Positions 8,814-20,395 of a stretch of 64,000 nt of DNA are shown piece after piece; position 1 is the first letter of the stretch, and every line of letters starts with the position of its first letter. Made by a program: the position numbers and the translations under genes. Source of the DNA: Corallococcus sp. RDP092CA (GTDB lineage Bacteria > Myxococcota > Myxococcia > Myxococcales > Myxococcaceae). The notes under the pieces were generated by a model. It searched no databases. It saw only the letters and a program-made list of their open reading frames with translations, and was not told where the DNA came from. The DNA lies in NCBI RefSeq assembly GCF_041903675.1, contig NZ_JAYESI010000001.1, forward strand, positions 160,643 through 224,642. The letters run 5' to 3'.

Positions 8814-10373
8814 CTAGAGCCCGCGCAGGCGAGCAGCCCAGGCGAGGTACGCGCCGCGTGGCTCCTCGAGCGGATCCCGGAAGAGCGAGCGGACGTCGTC
8901 GGTGTCCACCTGACCCGCTTCGAAGGCGCGGTAGAGGCTGTCCCCCAGCAGGTAGCCCAGCGCGTGGCTGACGCCGTGGAACAGGCGGTCGCGGCGCAGG
9001 GGGAGGAGCTTCACGGCCTCGTCGGGGGCCTCGGACTCCGTGGCCTTGTGGGCGAGGACGAAGGCGGCGATCTGCCGCTCCAGGCCCCGGGCCTCGCCGA
9101 AGCGCTTCGCCCACTCCGGGATGCCGGGGCAGGTGCGGCGCGGGTTGATCAGCTTGGAGCCGAAGAAGCCCAGGGCCTCCTCCAGGCAGCGCGCATAGAA
9201 GGCCTCGGACGCGCCGCGCGGGGCGTCCATGGCGTCGCCCACGGCGCAGTGGCGCACGAAGTGGGTGGCCTCCTCGGCGGCGTGGTTGAGGGACAGCGAC
9301 GCGAGGTAGGCCGTGCGCGCGCGGGGGATGTAGCCGCTCTCGCGCGAGAGGATGTGCTTGCGCAGCTGGGACAGCTCCGACTGGGTGAAGCGGCCACGTC
9401 GGCGGATGCGGGCGAGCACGTCGCCGTCCGCCGCCGTCGTCACCTCCACCGAGTCCAGCTCGCGGCCCACGGGCACGCCCGCGAGCCCTCCGATGAGCTC
9501 CGCCATGTCCCGGAAGCGCTCCGCGGCGCTGCGGTCCAGGAGGGGCGCGTCGTCGCCCTCGGCCTCCAGGTAGTCCAGGAAGCTCTGCTGGCAGAGGACG
9601 GGCGAGGCGTTCATCAGGCACAGCGCGCCGTCCGCCAGCTCCACGGCCTCCGCGCTGCCCAGCCGCCCCTCGCGCGCGAGCCGCCACCAGAGGCCCTCCG
9701 CGTTCTGGTACACGACGAGGCCCCGGCGCGGGTGGGCCTCACCCAGGGCGCGCTCCACCTGCGCGGGCAGGTGGCAGGGCGCGGCGTGGAACTGGCCCAC
9801 CAGCACCATCACCAGGGGGACGTCCTCCGCGCGGGCCACGCGGGCGATGCGCTCCGCGGCGAAGGCGTCACGCAGCGCGAGCGAGCGCTCGCCCTGGGCC
9901 CGCCGGTCGATGGCGGCCACCTGGAGCTTGAGGCGCTTCGCGAAGGCCAGCACCGCGCGGATGCCGGCGCCGGGACCGAAGCCCGGGGTGGGGCCGTGGC
10001 CCAGCCGGGCCATCAGGGTGCGCTCGGGCATCCGGCCCGCGAGGTACGCGTCGAGCGCCGCCTGGTGACGGCCCTCCACGCACTCGAGCGCGAGGACGAC
10101 GCGGCGCCCGGAGGCGAGGGCGCGCTCGACGAGCTCCAGGTAGGTCTGCTGGGCCAGTGGCAGCGTGTGGTAGTCGCCGACGTAGACGAGGTCCGACGCC
10201 GCGATGCGCTGGTGCACGTGGTGCAGGGGGACCACGCGCTGATAGGTGCTCGTGCGCCGGCGGTAGCGGGCCTCGTAGGCGCGGAAGGCTTCGGTGCGGC
10301 CCTCGACCACCCGGGCAATCTGGGCGCGTTGACGGCGGAAGAGGGCGAGGTGAAGGGCAAGCGACGCGCGCAT
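8814..10373 (-). CDS. Hypothetical protein with N-terminal ChaN/Tiki-like domain
   Basis: 519 aa. DLVYVGDYHTLPLAQQ and VLALECVEGRHQAALD resemble the ChaN/Tiki (Cofac_haem_bdg) signature. Uncertain. Confidence 0.4.
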   Translation of the reverse strand: MRASLALHLALFRRQRAQIARVVEGRTEAFRAYEARYRRRTSTYQRVVPLHHVHQRIAASDLVYVGDYHTLPLAQQTYLELVERALASGRRVVLALECVEGRHQAALDAYLAGRMPERTLMARLGHGPTPGFGPGAGIRAVLAFAKRLKLQVAAIDRRAQGERSLALRDAFAAERIARVARAEDVPLVMVLVGQFHAAPCHLPAQVERALGEAHPRRGLVVYQNAEGLWWRLAREGRLGSAEAVELADGALCLMNASPVLCQQSFLDYLEAEGDDAPLLDRSAAERFRDMAELIGGLAGVPVGRELDSVEVTTAADGDVLARIRRRGRFTQSELSQLRKHILSRESGYIPRARTAYLASLSLNHAAEEATHFVRHCAVGDAMDAPRGASEAFYARCLEEALGFFGSKLINPRRTCPGIPEWAKRFGEARGLERQIAAFVLAHKATESEAPDEAVKLLPLRRDRLFHGVSHALGYLLGDSLYRAFEAGQVDTDDVRSLFRDPLEEPRGAYLAWAARLRGL

Positions 10374-10485
10374 GGAGCGGCAGGCACCGTCGCATGCGCT
10401 CGCGGGGGCGGCAAAAAATCAGCGGGATGTGACAGGGGTGGTGGCTTGACTCGCACCGCCCTGCAACGGACCATCGTCTCCAATC

Positions 10486-13400
10486 TTGCAGACCGTTCTT
10501 CCTCGCACGCTCATCCTCTGTGTCGCGGTCTTCGCCGCGGCCCCCGTCCACGCGCAGGAGGCCGCGCTGTTGCACGCTGCGCCGCCTCGCGCCGAGGCCC
10601 GGCAGCCCCTCCAGTTGGATGCGACGCTGGTGGATGGCGGCAGGGTGCTGGAGCTCTTCGTCCGCTATCGTGGACCGGGAGAGCCGTACGTCCAGGTCCC
10701 CATGGAGCGGCAGTACGGGGACCTGTACCGCGCGCTGATCCCCGCCGAGCACATGGTGCCCCCCGGCGTGGAGTACTTCGTCGAGGCGGCCATGGTGGAC
10801 GGAGCGCGCACGCCGCTCTTCATGTCCGCGCTCCGGCCCGCGAGGGTGATGGTGGGGACGCAGCCCGCGGAGCCTCCGCCGGGCCGTGCGTCGCCGGGCC
10901 GCAGGGGGGCCCGTGAGCCTCCGAGGTCCGCACCCGAAATCGATGCGTTCGCGCCGCCGTCGGCGGCAGGGGAGGGCAACGACGCGGGAGGCGCATCGGC
11001 TTCGCCCCCGGCCTCAGGCACGGATTCCCGGGCTGCGACCCGGCCGGGAGCCGCTGACTCCCGCGCAGCGAGCACTCCGGATGGCACGGACCCGCGCGCC
11101 TCCACGCATGCGAATGGTCCGGACTCGGCCGAGCCGGGCCGCACGGATGGCACGGGCTCACGCGCCGTGAACCGCGCGGATGCGTCCGACCCGCGCGCCC
11201 CAACCCGCGTGAACGGGACGGACCCGCATGCCTCGAGCCGCACGGATGGCGCGGACCCGCGGGCCCCGCGCCGCGCGGACGCGTCCGACCCGCGCGCCTC
11301 CACCCGCACGGGCGGTCCGGATGCACGGGCGCCCGGCCGTGCGGACACCCAGGGCTCACGGGCTCCGGGCGACTCCGATGACGCCATGGCCGCGCTCAAC
11401 GCGGACCTCCCTCCAGACACCCGCTCCGACTCCCGCGCGTCGCCTTCCTCCCGCTCCACCATGGATGACGACCTGGCGCTCTACAGCGCGGAGGACGTGC
11501 TGGCGGTGACGACCCTCCAGGAGGAGGCCGTGCGCACCGTGCCGGCCATCGGCGCGTCCTTCAACCGCGCGCAGATGATCGCCCTGGGCGCCCGCACCGT
11601 GGCGGACGTGCTGGACGTGGTGCCCGGTGTGTCCGTCAGCCGCGACGTGCAGGGCTTCCACCGCACCGCCATCCGGGGCCTGCGCAACGACGCGGAGGTC
11701 CTCTTCCTCCTCGACGGCCACCGCCTCAACAACTTCTACGACGGCAAGGCGCTGATGAACCTGCCGGTGGAGAACCTGGAGCGCATCGAGGTCATCCGCG
11801 GCCCCGGCTCCGCTGTCTACGGCGCGGGCGCCTTCCAGGGCGTCGTCAACCTCATCACGAACCACGCGGACGGCGTGCGCGGCGCCATCACCACCGGCGG
11901 CGTCCCCCGCGACGATGGCCGCCTCGCGCTCGCCACCGATGGCCACCTGTCCGCCGCGCACACCACCGGCGACCTGCGCCTGTTCGCGGACCTGGACCTG
12001 TGGAGCCAGGAGGGAGGCTCGCTCGTCGTCAGCCACGACGCGCTCGACGACGAGGCCGTGGCCCAGGGGCTGCGCGACGTGGAGCAGCCGGCGGGCAGCA
12101 CCCGCGACGGCCGCTTCCTCCTCAACGCGGGCGGGGGCGTGTCCTACGGCCTGGACAGCGCCGGCCGCGTGGGCGTCACCGCGCGCTACCTCACGGAGAA
12201 GCGGGACGCGCTCGTCGGCCTGTTCGACACCGTGGGCAACGACTCGCGGCTGTCCTGGGACGTGCTCCTCGCGGACCTCACCTGGGAGCGGCCCCTCGCC
12301 GACGGCGGCCAGGTGCGCGCCCGGCTGGGGTTCGATCAGCAGTCCACCGACCGCCTGTTCCAGCTCACCCCCCACGACTTCCGCACCGGCGCCGGCGCGG
12401 AGCGCCTCTTCCCCGACGGCCTCCGCGAGCAGACGCAGGTCACCGTGCGCACCGTGTCGGGCGCCGTGGACGCGGACCTCGCGCTGGCCAAGGAGAACCA
12501 CCTCACGCTGGGCTTCGTCGCCGAGCAGCAGTCCCTGTCCCGCTACGACTACACCACCAACTACACGCTCGACGGCCGCCTGCGCCCCAGCCCCGCCGCC
12601 CCCGAGGGCCTGGTGGACCTCACGCAGGGCGCGGCCGCCCGCCGCCTCAGCCTGGGCCTGTCCGCGCAGGACCAGTGGACCGTGCTCTCCGCGCTCACGC
12701 TCACCTTCGGTCTGCGCCTGGACGCCATCCAGCTACCGGACGCGGACGCGGCTGAGGGCGTGCTCGACACGAGCAAGATGGTGGTGCGCGTCAACCCGCG
12801 CGTGGGCCTGGTCGTCGCCGCGTCGGACGCGCTCGTGCTCAAGGCGCTGTACGGCCGCGCCTTCCGCGCCCCCACGCCCCAGGAACTGGTCGAGCGCATC
12901 CCCGACACCACCTACAACCAGGGCCGCTTCGAGGGAAACCCGCTCCTGCAGCCCACCACCGTGGACACCTTCGAGCTGGGCATGGACCTGGTCCAGGCCG
13001 CGGGCGACACCCGCGTGCGCGTGCGCGCCAACGCCTTCCTCCAGAACTTCGCCTCGCCCATCACCCCGGTGGACACCAGCGGCAACATCGTCCCCCTGCG
13101 CAACCGCGAGCTGGGCGTGCGCGTGTACGGCGTGGAGGCGGAGGCCCGGCTGGAGGCGTCGAAGCGCGCCGCCGCGTGGGTCAACGCCAGCCTGTCGCGC
13201 GCGCAGGACCTGGAGCTGCCGGACCAGTCCCGCCTGCTCACGGACGTGCCCCAGGCGCGCTTCAACGCGGGCGTGTCCATGCCGCTGGGCGACTGGCTGA
13301 ACCTGGACGTGGTGGTGCGCTCCGGCGCCGAGCGCCGCAACAACAACCGCTCCACGCTGGAGCTCATCCGCCGCTACCAGATTCCCGCCTACAGCCTCAT

Positions 13401-13572
13401 CACCGCGCAGCTGCGCACCGAGCCCATCTGGGAGCACTTCGAGGTGACGCTCTTCGCGCAGAACCTCTTCGACCACGACCTGCGCGACGACGTGCCCCGG
13501 CCGGACCGCCTCACCGGCCTGCTGCCGCGCGAGGGCGTGTCCGGCTACCTCACCCTGAGGGCCTTCTACTGA
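10486..13572 (+). CDS. TonB-dependent outer-membrane receptor with long N-terminal extension
   Basis: Signal peptide, then a roughly 140-aa N-terminal domain, an Asp/Pro/Arg-rich repeat linker, a plug domain (TVPAIGASFNRAQ...IEVIRGPGSAVYG) and a beta-barrel ending LTLRAFY. Apparent TTG start. Confidence 0.75.
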   Translation: MQTVLPRTLILCVAVFAAAPVHAQEAALLHAAPPRAEARQPLQLDATLVDGGRVLELFVRYRGPGEPYVQVPMERQYGDLYRALIPAEHMVPPGVEYFVEAAMVDGARTPLFMSALRPARVMVGTQPAEPPPGRASPGRRGAREPPRSAPEIDAFAPPSAAGEGNDAGGASASPPASGTDSRAATRPGAADSRAASTPDGTDPRASTHANGPDSAEPGRTDGTGSRAVNRADASDPRAPTRVNGTDPHASSRTDGADPRAPRRADASDPRASTRTGGPDARAPGRADTQGSRAPGDSDDAMAALNADLPPDTRSDSRASPSSRSTMDDDLALYSAEDVLAVTTLQEEAVRTVPAIGASFNRAQMIALGARTVADVLDVVPGVSVSRDVQGFHRTAIRGLRNDAEVLFLLDGHRLNNFYDGKALMNLPVENLERIEVIRGPGSAVYGAGAFQGVVNLITNHADGVRGAITTGGVPRDDGRLALATDGHLSAAHTTGDLRLFADLDLWSQEGGSLVVSHDALDDEAVAQGLRDVEQPAGSTRDGRFLLNAGGGVSYGLDSAGRVGVTARYLTEKRDALVGLFDTVGNDSRLSWDVLLADLTWERPLADGGQVRARLGFDQQSTDRLFQLTPHDFRTGAGAERLFPDGLREQTQVTVRTVSGAVDADLALAKENHLTLGFVAEQQSLSRYDYTTNYTLDGRLRPSPAAPEGLVDLTQGAAARRLSLGLSAQDQWTVLSALTLTFGLRLDAIQLPDADAAEGVLDTSKMVVRVNPRVGLVVAASDALVLKALYGRAFRAPTPQELVERIPDTTYNQGRFEGNPLLQPTTVDTFELGMDLVQAAGDTRVRVRANAFLQNFASPITPVDTSGNIVPLRNRELGVRVYGVEAEARLEASKRAAAWVNASLSRAQDLELPDQSRLLTDVPQARFNAGVSMPLGDWLNLDVVVRSGAERRNNNRSTLELIRRYQIPAYSLITAQLRTEPIWEHFEVTLFAQNLFDHDLRDDVPRPDRLTGLLPREGVSGYLTLRAFY
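10990..11390 (+). repeat. Degenerate tandem repeats (about 30-33 nt units) encoding (D/S)PRA-rich low-complexity linker inside the TonB receptor gene
   Basis: Repeated gacccgcgcgcc/ggacccgcgggcc-type units. Protein shows roughly 11 iterations of xDPRAxxRxxG. Confidence 0.6.
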
Positions 13573-14402
13573 TGGATCGCCGCCACCTGACCGCCGCGCT
13601 CGCGGCACTCGCGCTGCTGCCCGGGTGCCTCGCCTACAACGACTCCTGCGCCCCCCTGGTGGACGATCCCGACGCCATCGTCGGCTACCTGGGCGAGGAG
13701 GTGCAGCTGGGCTCCGCCTTCACCCGCCACGACAACAACGCGCTGGGGCAGCTGGCCGCGGACGCGTTCCTCCACGCGGAGGACGGCGCCTCGAAGCCCA
13801 CCGACCTGGGCATCATCAACGGCGGCTCGCTGCGCGACGAGGGCCTGTGCGTCACCCGCACGTCCCTGCGCACGGGGCCGCTCACCGACGGCGTCCTGCA
13901 CGAGGTCATCCTCTTCGAGAACCTCGTCGTGACGGTGGACCTCACGGAGAAGCAGCTGGTGGACCTCTTCGAGCACTCCGTGGAGGCGCTGGCCGTGGAA
14001 GGGCAGGCCATCGTGTCGCCGTCCGGCGCGTTCCTCCACGTGTCCGAGGGCACCACCCTGCGCGTGGACTGCTCGCGTCCCGTGGGCCAGCGGGTGACGG
14101 CGCTGCGGGTGCGCGGGCGCGACGTGGCCATCCCCGCGCGCGACGACGCGTCCATCCGCTACCGCGTGGCGATGTCCACGTTCCTGCTGAACGGAGGGGA
14201 CGGCTACGGGAACATCCTGGGCAATGTCGGACAGGACCCGGACCGCAACCCGGTGACGGCGCGCAAGCTGGGCGGCACGGACGCCAACATCGCGGCGGCG
14301 TACATGAAGAGCACGTACCCCAGCCCGGTGCAGGCCCTGAAGGAGGCCCCACGCGTCGTGTTCGAAAGCTGTGCCCGGCCCGCCCGGCCCACCCCGCGCT
14401 GA
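13572..14402 (+). CDS. 5'-nucleotidase C-terminal (substrate-binding) domain lipoprotein
   Basis: ATG overlaps the receptor stop (TGATG). LLPGC lipobox. NALGQLAADAFL, GGSLRD and YRVAMSTFLLNGGDGY match UshA C-terminal-domain motifs. No metallophosphatase domain. Confidence 0.65.
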   Translation: MDRRHLTAALAALALLPGCLAYNDSCAPLVDDPDAIVGYLGEEVQLGSAFTRHDNNALGQLAADAFLHAEDGASKPTDLGIINGGSLRDEGLCVTRTSLRTGPLTDGVLHEVILFENLVVTVDLTEKQLVDLFEHSVEALAVEGQAIVSPSGAFLHVSEGTTLRVDCSRPVGQRVTALRVRGRDVAIPARDDASIRYRVAMSTFLLNGGDGYGNILGNVGQDPDRNPVTARKLGGTDANIAAAYMKSTYPSPVQALKEAPRVVFESCARPARPTPR

Positions 14403-14449
14403 CAGCGCGCGCGGATGCGAGGCTTGCGGGGGCCGGGGCGGACGGTGCC

Positions 14450-14731
14450 CTACTGCTTGGAGGGCTCGTCCGAGGAGGCCGGGGCGCTGGTCGTCACCGC
14501 CGCCGGAGCGGAGGTGGCGGTCTGCGCCGCGGCGGCCACCGGCCGTGGAGGCAGGGGGCCCAGCACGTCATTGACCGAGGGCATCCGACGGATGTCAGCG
14601 CGGGCGACCTTCCACGCCTGCTGGACGATCCACGACAGGGAACGATCCTGTCGGGTCGCCTCGCGCTGGATCTCTTCCAGCATGTCCTCGGGGAAATAGA
14701 GGGATTGCTTGCGGTGATCCGTGGTGGCCAT
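14450..14731 (-). CDS. Ribbon-helix-helix (CopG/Arc-like) DNA-binding protein
   Basis: MATTDHRKQSLYFPEDMLEEIQREATRQDRSLSWIVQQAWKVA is an RHH fold pattern. Disordered C-tail. Confidence 0.55.
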   Translation of the reverse strand: MATTDHRKQSLYFPEDMLEEIQREATRQDRSLSWIVQQAWKVARADIRRMPSVNDVLGPLPPRPVAAAAQTATSAPAAVTTSAPASSDEPSKQ

Positions 14732-14739
14732 TGCCCTGT

Positions 14740-14949
14740 CTACGGCCTTTCTTCGCGCGGGTCATTGCGCTCGTCGCCCGTGACGTCATTGACGGCGGGG
14801 AATGACTTGATGCGGTCGCGGGCGATCTTCCAGGCCTGCTGCACCACCCATGAGAGGGAGCGGTCCTGCCGGTTCGCCTCCTCCTGGATCTCCTTCAGCA
14901 TCTCCTCGGGGAAGTACAGCGACTGCTTGCGCTTGTCGGTGCCTGCCAT
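14740..14949 (-). CDS. Ribbon-helix-helix protein, tandem paralog
   Basis: MAGTDKRKQSLYFPEEMLKEIQEEANRQDRSLSWVVQQAWKIA is about 75% identical to its neighbour. DNA is also clearly duplicated. Confidence 0.55.
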   Translation of the reverse strand: MAGTDKRKQSLYFPEEMLKEIQEEANRQDRSLSWVVQQAWKIARDRIKSFPAVNDVTGDERNDPREERP

Positions 14950-15384
14950 GCCTGGGTCTCCGGGGCGGATTCGAGGTGACGACCTGAACACACCGGAGCG
15001 GTTATCCGACAGACTCCCTGAAGGGTCAACGGTTTCGGAGCACTCAAGCGTGCGCCCGCGCGCTGAACGCTCCGCTTCCGACAATGCGTGGCAAGTGAAA
15101 AAAGAGAAACGCCCCGGCCTCCGCGAGGGAGACCGGGGCGCTTCGGAAAGAGGGACCGCCGGGAGCGAATCTCCAAGCGGCCCCGTGGGCCCAGAGGGGG
15201 AGGGGGGGGACCCCTAGGCCCAACGTCATGAAGTCCAGAACGTCCGACCAACAACCGCGAGGCGCCGTTCTATTTCCGCCCCGCGTCCTTCTGTTGTGGG
15301 AATCATGGAATGTCTTCCCACGCCTTCCGGCCACCGCGACTCTGTAACCCGGCCATCTGACACTCCATTCCGGACCTGGGCGCC

Positions 15385-16752
15385 ATGCCTCGCGCGTCTC
15401 CTGCACGTCCCTCGCTGACCGCCGCGCTCGCCCGCTCCTATGCCGAGCAGGGCGCCCGCTCGCGCTCGGTGCTGCTCGCGGTGTCCGGAGGCGCGGACTC
15501 CACCGCGCTCCTCGTCGGGACGGCGCGCGTGCGCGAGGCGCTGGCGCTGCGCGTGGAGGTGGCCACGGTGGACCACGGCCTCCGGCCTGAGGCCGCGGGG
15601 GAGGTGACCTCCGTCGTGGGGCTGGCCTCGCGCCTGGGCCTGACCTGCCACGTCCGGCGGCTGGCGCTGGGACCCGGGGCGGGCCTGGAGGCGCGGGCGC
15701 GCGAGGCGCGCTACGCGACGCTGGAGGCCCTGCGGAAGGAACTCGGGCTGGACTTCGTGGCCACCGGCCACACGCTCGACGACCAGGCGGAGACGCTGCT
15801 GATGCGCCTGTCCCGGGGGGCGGCGCTCCGGGGCGCGCGGGCCATCCACGCGCGCGCCTCCACGCTCCTCCGCCCGCTGCTCGCGTGCTCGCGCGAGGAC
15901 GTGCTCGCCTTCCTGGCCGCCGAGGAGGTGGGGTTCGTGCGCGATCCGATGAACGCGGACCCCTCCTTCTTCCGCACGCGCGTGCGCCGGGACGTGCTGC
16001 CCGCGCTGAACCGCGCGGCGGGCTTCAGCACCGTGGAGCACCTGGCCACCTTCGCGCGGCTCGCCTCGGAGGACGAAGCCCTGCTCGCCGGGCTGGCGGA
16101 CGCGGCGTGGGAGCGGCTGGCGCTGCCGGGCGGGGGGCTGGAGGCCGTGGGGCTCCGCGCGCTGGAGCCGCCCCTGGCGCGCCGCGTGCTCGCCCGGCTG
16201 CTGGGCGCGGCGGGCGCGCGGGTGGACCACGCCACGCTCGAGCGCGGACGCGAGGTGGTGGCTCGCGGGGGCGCCATGCCGCTCAGCGGCGGCCTCCTCC
16301 TCAAGGCCACCGGCGGCCGGGTGCGCTGCGTGGGGGCGCGGCGGGACGCGGCGCCCGCGCCGCTCGTGCTCGAGGGGCCGGGGGCGCGGGGCGACTTCGG
16401 CGCGTGGCGCTTCCAGGTGGCGGAAGGAACGCCGCCCCCAGGTGTGTTGGCCCTGGGATTGGAAGCGGAGACGGCATGGCCCCTCACGGTGCGTTCGAGG
16501 ACCCAGGGCGACCGCATCCGGACGCGCGCGGGCCACCGCAAGGTGCAGGACGCCCTGGTGGATGCCCGCGTTCCCTCGGAGGCGCGCGACGCTCAACCCG
16601 TGGTGGTGGACGCGCGCGGCGAAGCGCTGTGGCTTCCCGGCGTCCTGCCGCGCTCCAGCGAGCCCCGCGCCGCTTCGCGCGAGGGGTCTTCCCGACAGTC
16701 GCTGTGGGCCCTTCCGCCGCCCACGAGCGAACGAAAGACCCCTCCGTTATAG
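15385..16752 (+). CDS. tilS: tRNA(Ile)-lysidine synthetase
   Basis: SGGADS PP-loop motif. Conserved position ahead of ftsH. Confidence 0.85.
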   Translation: MPRASPARPSLTAALARSYAEQGARSRSVLLAVSGGADSTALLVGTARVREALALRVEVATVDHGLRPEAAGEVTSVVGLASRLGLTCHVRRLALGPGAGLEARAREARYATLEALRKELGLDFVATGHTLDDQAETLLMRLSRGAALRGARAIHARASTLLRPLLACSREDVLAFLAAEEVGFVRDPMNADPSFFRTRVRRDVLPALNRAAGFSTVEHLATFARLASEDEALLAGLADAAWERLALPGGGLEAVGLRALEPPLARRVLARLLGAAGARVDHATLERGREVVARGGAMPLSGGLLLKATGGRVRCVGARRDAAPAPLVLEGPGARGDFGAWRFQVAEGTPPPGVLALGLEAETAWPLTVRSRTQGDRIRTRAGHRKVQDALVDARVPSEARDAQPVVVDARGEALWLPGVLPRSSEPRAASREGSSRQSLWALPPPTSERKTPPL

Positions 16753-16934
16753 AGTCGATGCCTCGAATCGAGGGGATGGTCGCGGTCCCCTAAATAGTTG
16801 AGGGCTTTTTGCTGTTGCTGATACGGTCCGTCGCTGGCCTGCACACGGGCGGGCGCCGGGCACATGACGAACTCCGCCAGGGTTTCTCCTGGCACGGCCC
16901 TCATCCCGCCGAGTACCGAAAGGGCAGCTGAAAC

Positions 16935-18851
<1,917 letters not shown>

Positions 18852-18870
18852 CGCCTCTGGGGGTTCCCTC

Positions 18871-18920
18871 CTGAAGTGACGAAGGCCCTCCCCGCTTCAC
18901 GGGGAGGGCCTTTTCCGTTT
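18871..18920 (+). terminator. Rho-independent terminator (nested hairpin + T-tract) after ftsH
   Basis: gtgacgaa ggccctccccg cttcac ggggagggcc ttttccgttttcgtcac. GC stem followed by a T-run. Confidence 0.5.
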
Positions 18921-19007
18921 TCGTCACGGCCTGCTATCCAGGGGGGATGGGGCCGGTCGACCTGGGGTTCGCCACCGCCTCCATGACTCTCCGCAGGGGA
19001 CCCGAAC

Positions 19008-20231
19008 GTGCTGCGTGCCCGCCTCATCTCGCGAGACCGTCCTGACGACCTGTCACTCGTCCTGCGTCGTCTGAACCTGTCGCCCCGCTTGCGGGAGCAC
19101 CTGACGCGCGAGCTGGGCCACGCGCACGTGCTCATCACCGGGGGCCGCCCCTCCTACGAGGAGGAGCTGGTGCCGCCGCACGGCTCCAGGGAGCGGGAGA
19201 AGCTGCCCACCTGGACGGCGGGCGGCCACCTGGACCATCCCGGCGAGGCGCTCCTGTCCGGCAGCCGCCAGCAGTTCGACCGGCTCATCATGCTCGCCCG
19301 CAAGTCCCCGCGCACGGACGGCCTGGCGCGCGCGCTGGAGGAGGCGCTGGCCCCCCAGGTCGTGCCGGCGCTGGCCCTGAGCGGACGCCGGTTCGAGTGG
19401 GGCTCGCGCACGTACCTCATGGGCGTGGTGAACGTCACGCCGGACAGCTTCTCCGACGGCGGCAGCCTCCCGGACGCGGACAGCGCGGTGGAGCACGCGC
19501 TGCGGCTGGTGGACGCGGGCGCGGACATCGTCGACGTGGGCGGGGAGTCCACCCGGCCGGGCTCGCTGCCGGTGTCCGCGGACGAGGAGCTGTCGCGCGT
19601 CCTCAAGGTGGTGGAGGGCATCAAGCGCCGCTGCACCGTGCCCATCTCCGTGGACACCACGAAGGCGGCGGTGGCCAGGGAGGTGCTCAAGGCGGGCGCC
19701 CACCTCATCAACGACGTCACCGGCTTCCACTCGGACCTGGCGCTGCCCGGCGTGGTGGCCGCCGCGGGCGCCGCGTGTTGCCTGATGCACACCCAGGGGA
19801 TGCCCCGGACGATGCAGGAGTCCCCCCGCTACGAGGACGTGGTGGGCGAGGTGATGGACTACCTGGAGGAGGGGATCTTCCAGGCCACCGAGGCCGGCAT
19901 CCCGCGCGAGCGCATCCTCCTGGATCCGGGCATCGGGTTCGGCAAGACGCTGGAGCACAACCTCTTCCTCCTGCGCCGCCTGGAGGAGCTGCGCGGGCTG
20001 GGGCAGCCCCTGCTGGTGGGCACCAGCCGCAAGTCCTTCCTCGGGACGCTGGCGGGCGGCAAGGGCCCCCAGGAGCGCCTGGCGGCCACCCTGGGCTCCG
20101 TGGCGGCCATGGCCATCATGGGGGGCGCGGACGTGGTCCGCGTGCACGACGTGGGCGAGGTCCGGGACGCGCTGGCCGTGGCGGACGCCATCCGGCGGGC
20201 CCGGGGCGGCGGGGACCTGTACGGCGGATGA
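19008..20231 (+). CDS. folP: Dihydropteroate synthase with about 130-aa N-terminal extension
   Basis: YLMGVVNVTPDSFSDGG and DIVDVGGESTRPG motifs. Start uncertain. Confidence 0.85.
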   Translation: MLRARLISRDRPDDLSLVLRRLNLSPRLREHLTRELGHAHVLITGGRPSYEEELVPPHGSREREKLPTWTAGGHLDHPGEALLSGSRQQFDRLIMLARKSPRTDGLARALEEALAPQVVPALALSGRRFEWGSRTYLMGVVNVTPDSFSDGGSLPDADSAVEHALRLVDAGADIVDVGGESTRPGSLPVSADEELSRVLKVVEGIKRRCTVPISVDTTKAAVAREVLKAGAHLINDVTGFHSDLALPGVVAAAGAACCLMHTQGMPRTMQESPRYEDVVGEVMDYLEEGIFQATEAGIPRERILLDPGIGFGKTLEHNLFLLRRLEELRGLGQPLLVGTSRKSFLGTLAGGKGPQERLAATLGSVAAMAIMGGADVVRVHDVGEVRDALAVADAIRRARGGGDLYGG

Positions 20232-20395
20232 CGGGCGCAAGCCCGCGCGTCGCGAACGGGCCCGTTCCGCCTGCCCGGGTGCTTGCCTGGGTGGCGCCGC
20301 ATCCCTAGCTTCGGGCGCACGTGCCGGACGGGGTATAAGCCCCGGACGTGAGTGGCCGGAGCCCTTCCGGCAATGGGAAAGGTGGAGCGGCACAC

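Noticed and set aside
15196-15215. Poly-G/GA tract (gagggggagggggggggacccc) upstream of tilS
   Set aside because: It could be a slipped-strand site, but such G-runs are common in 70% GC intergenic DNA. No adjacent contingency gene.
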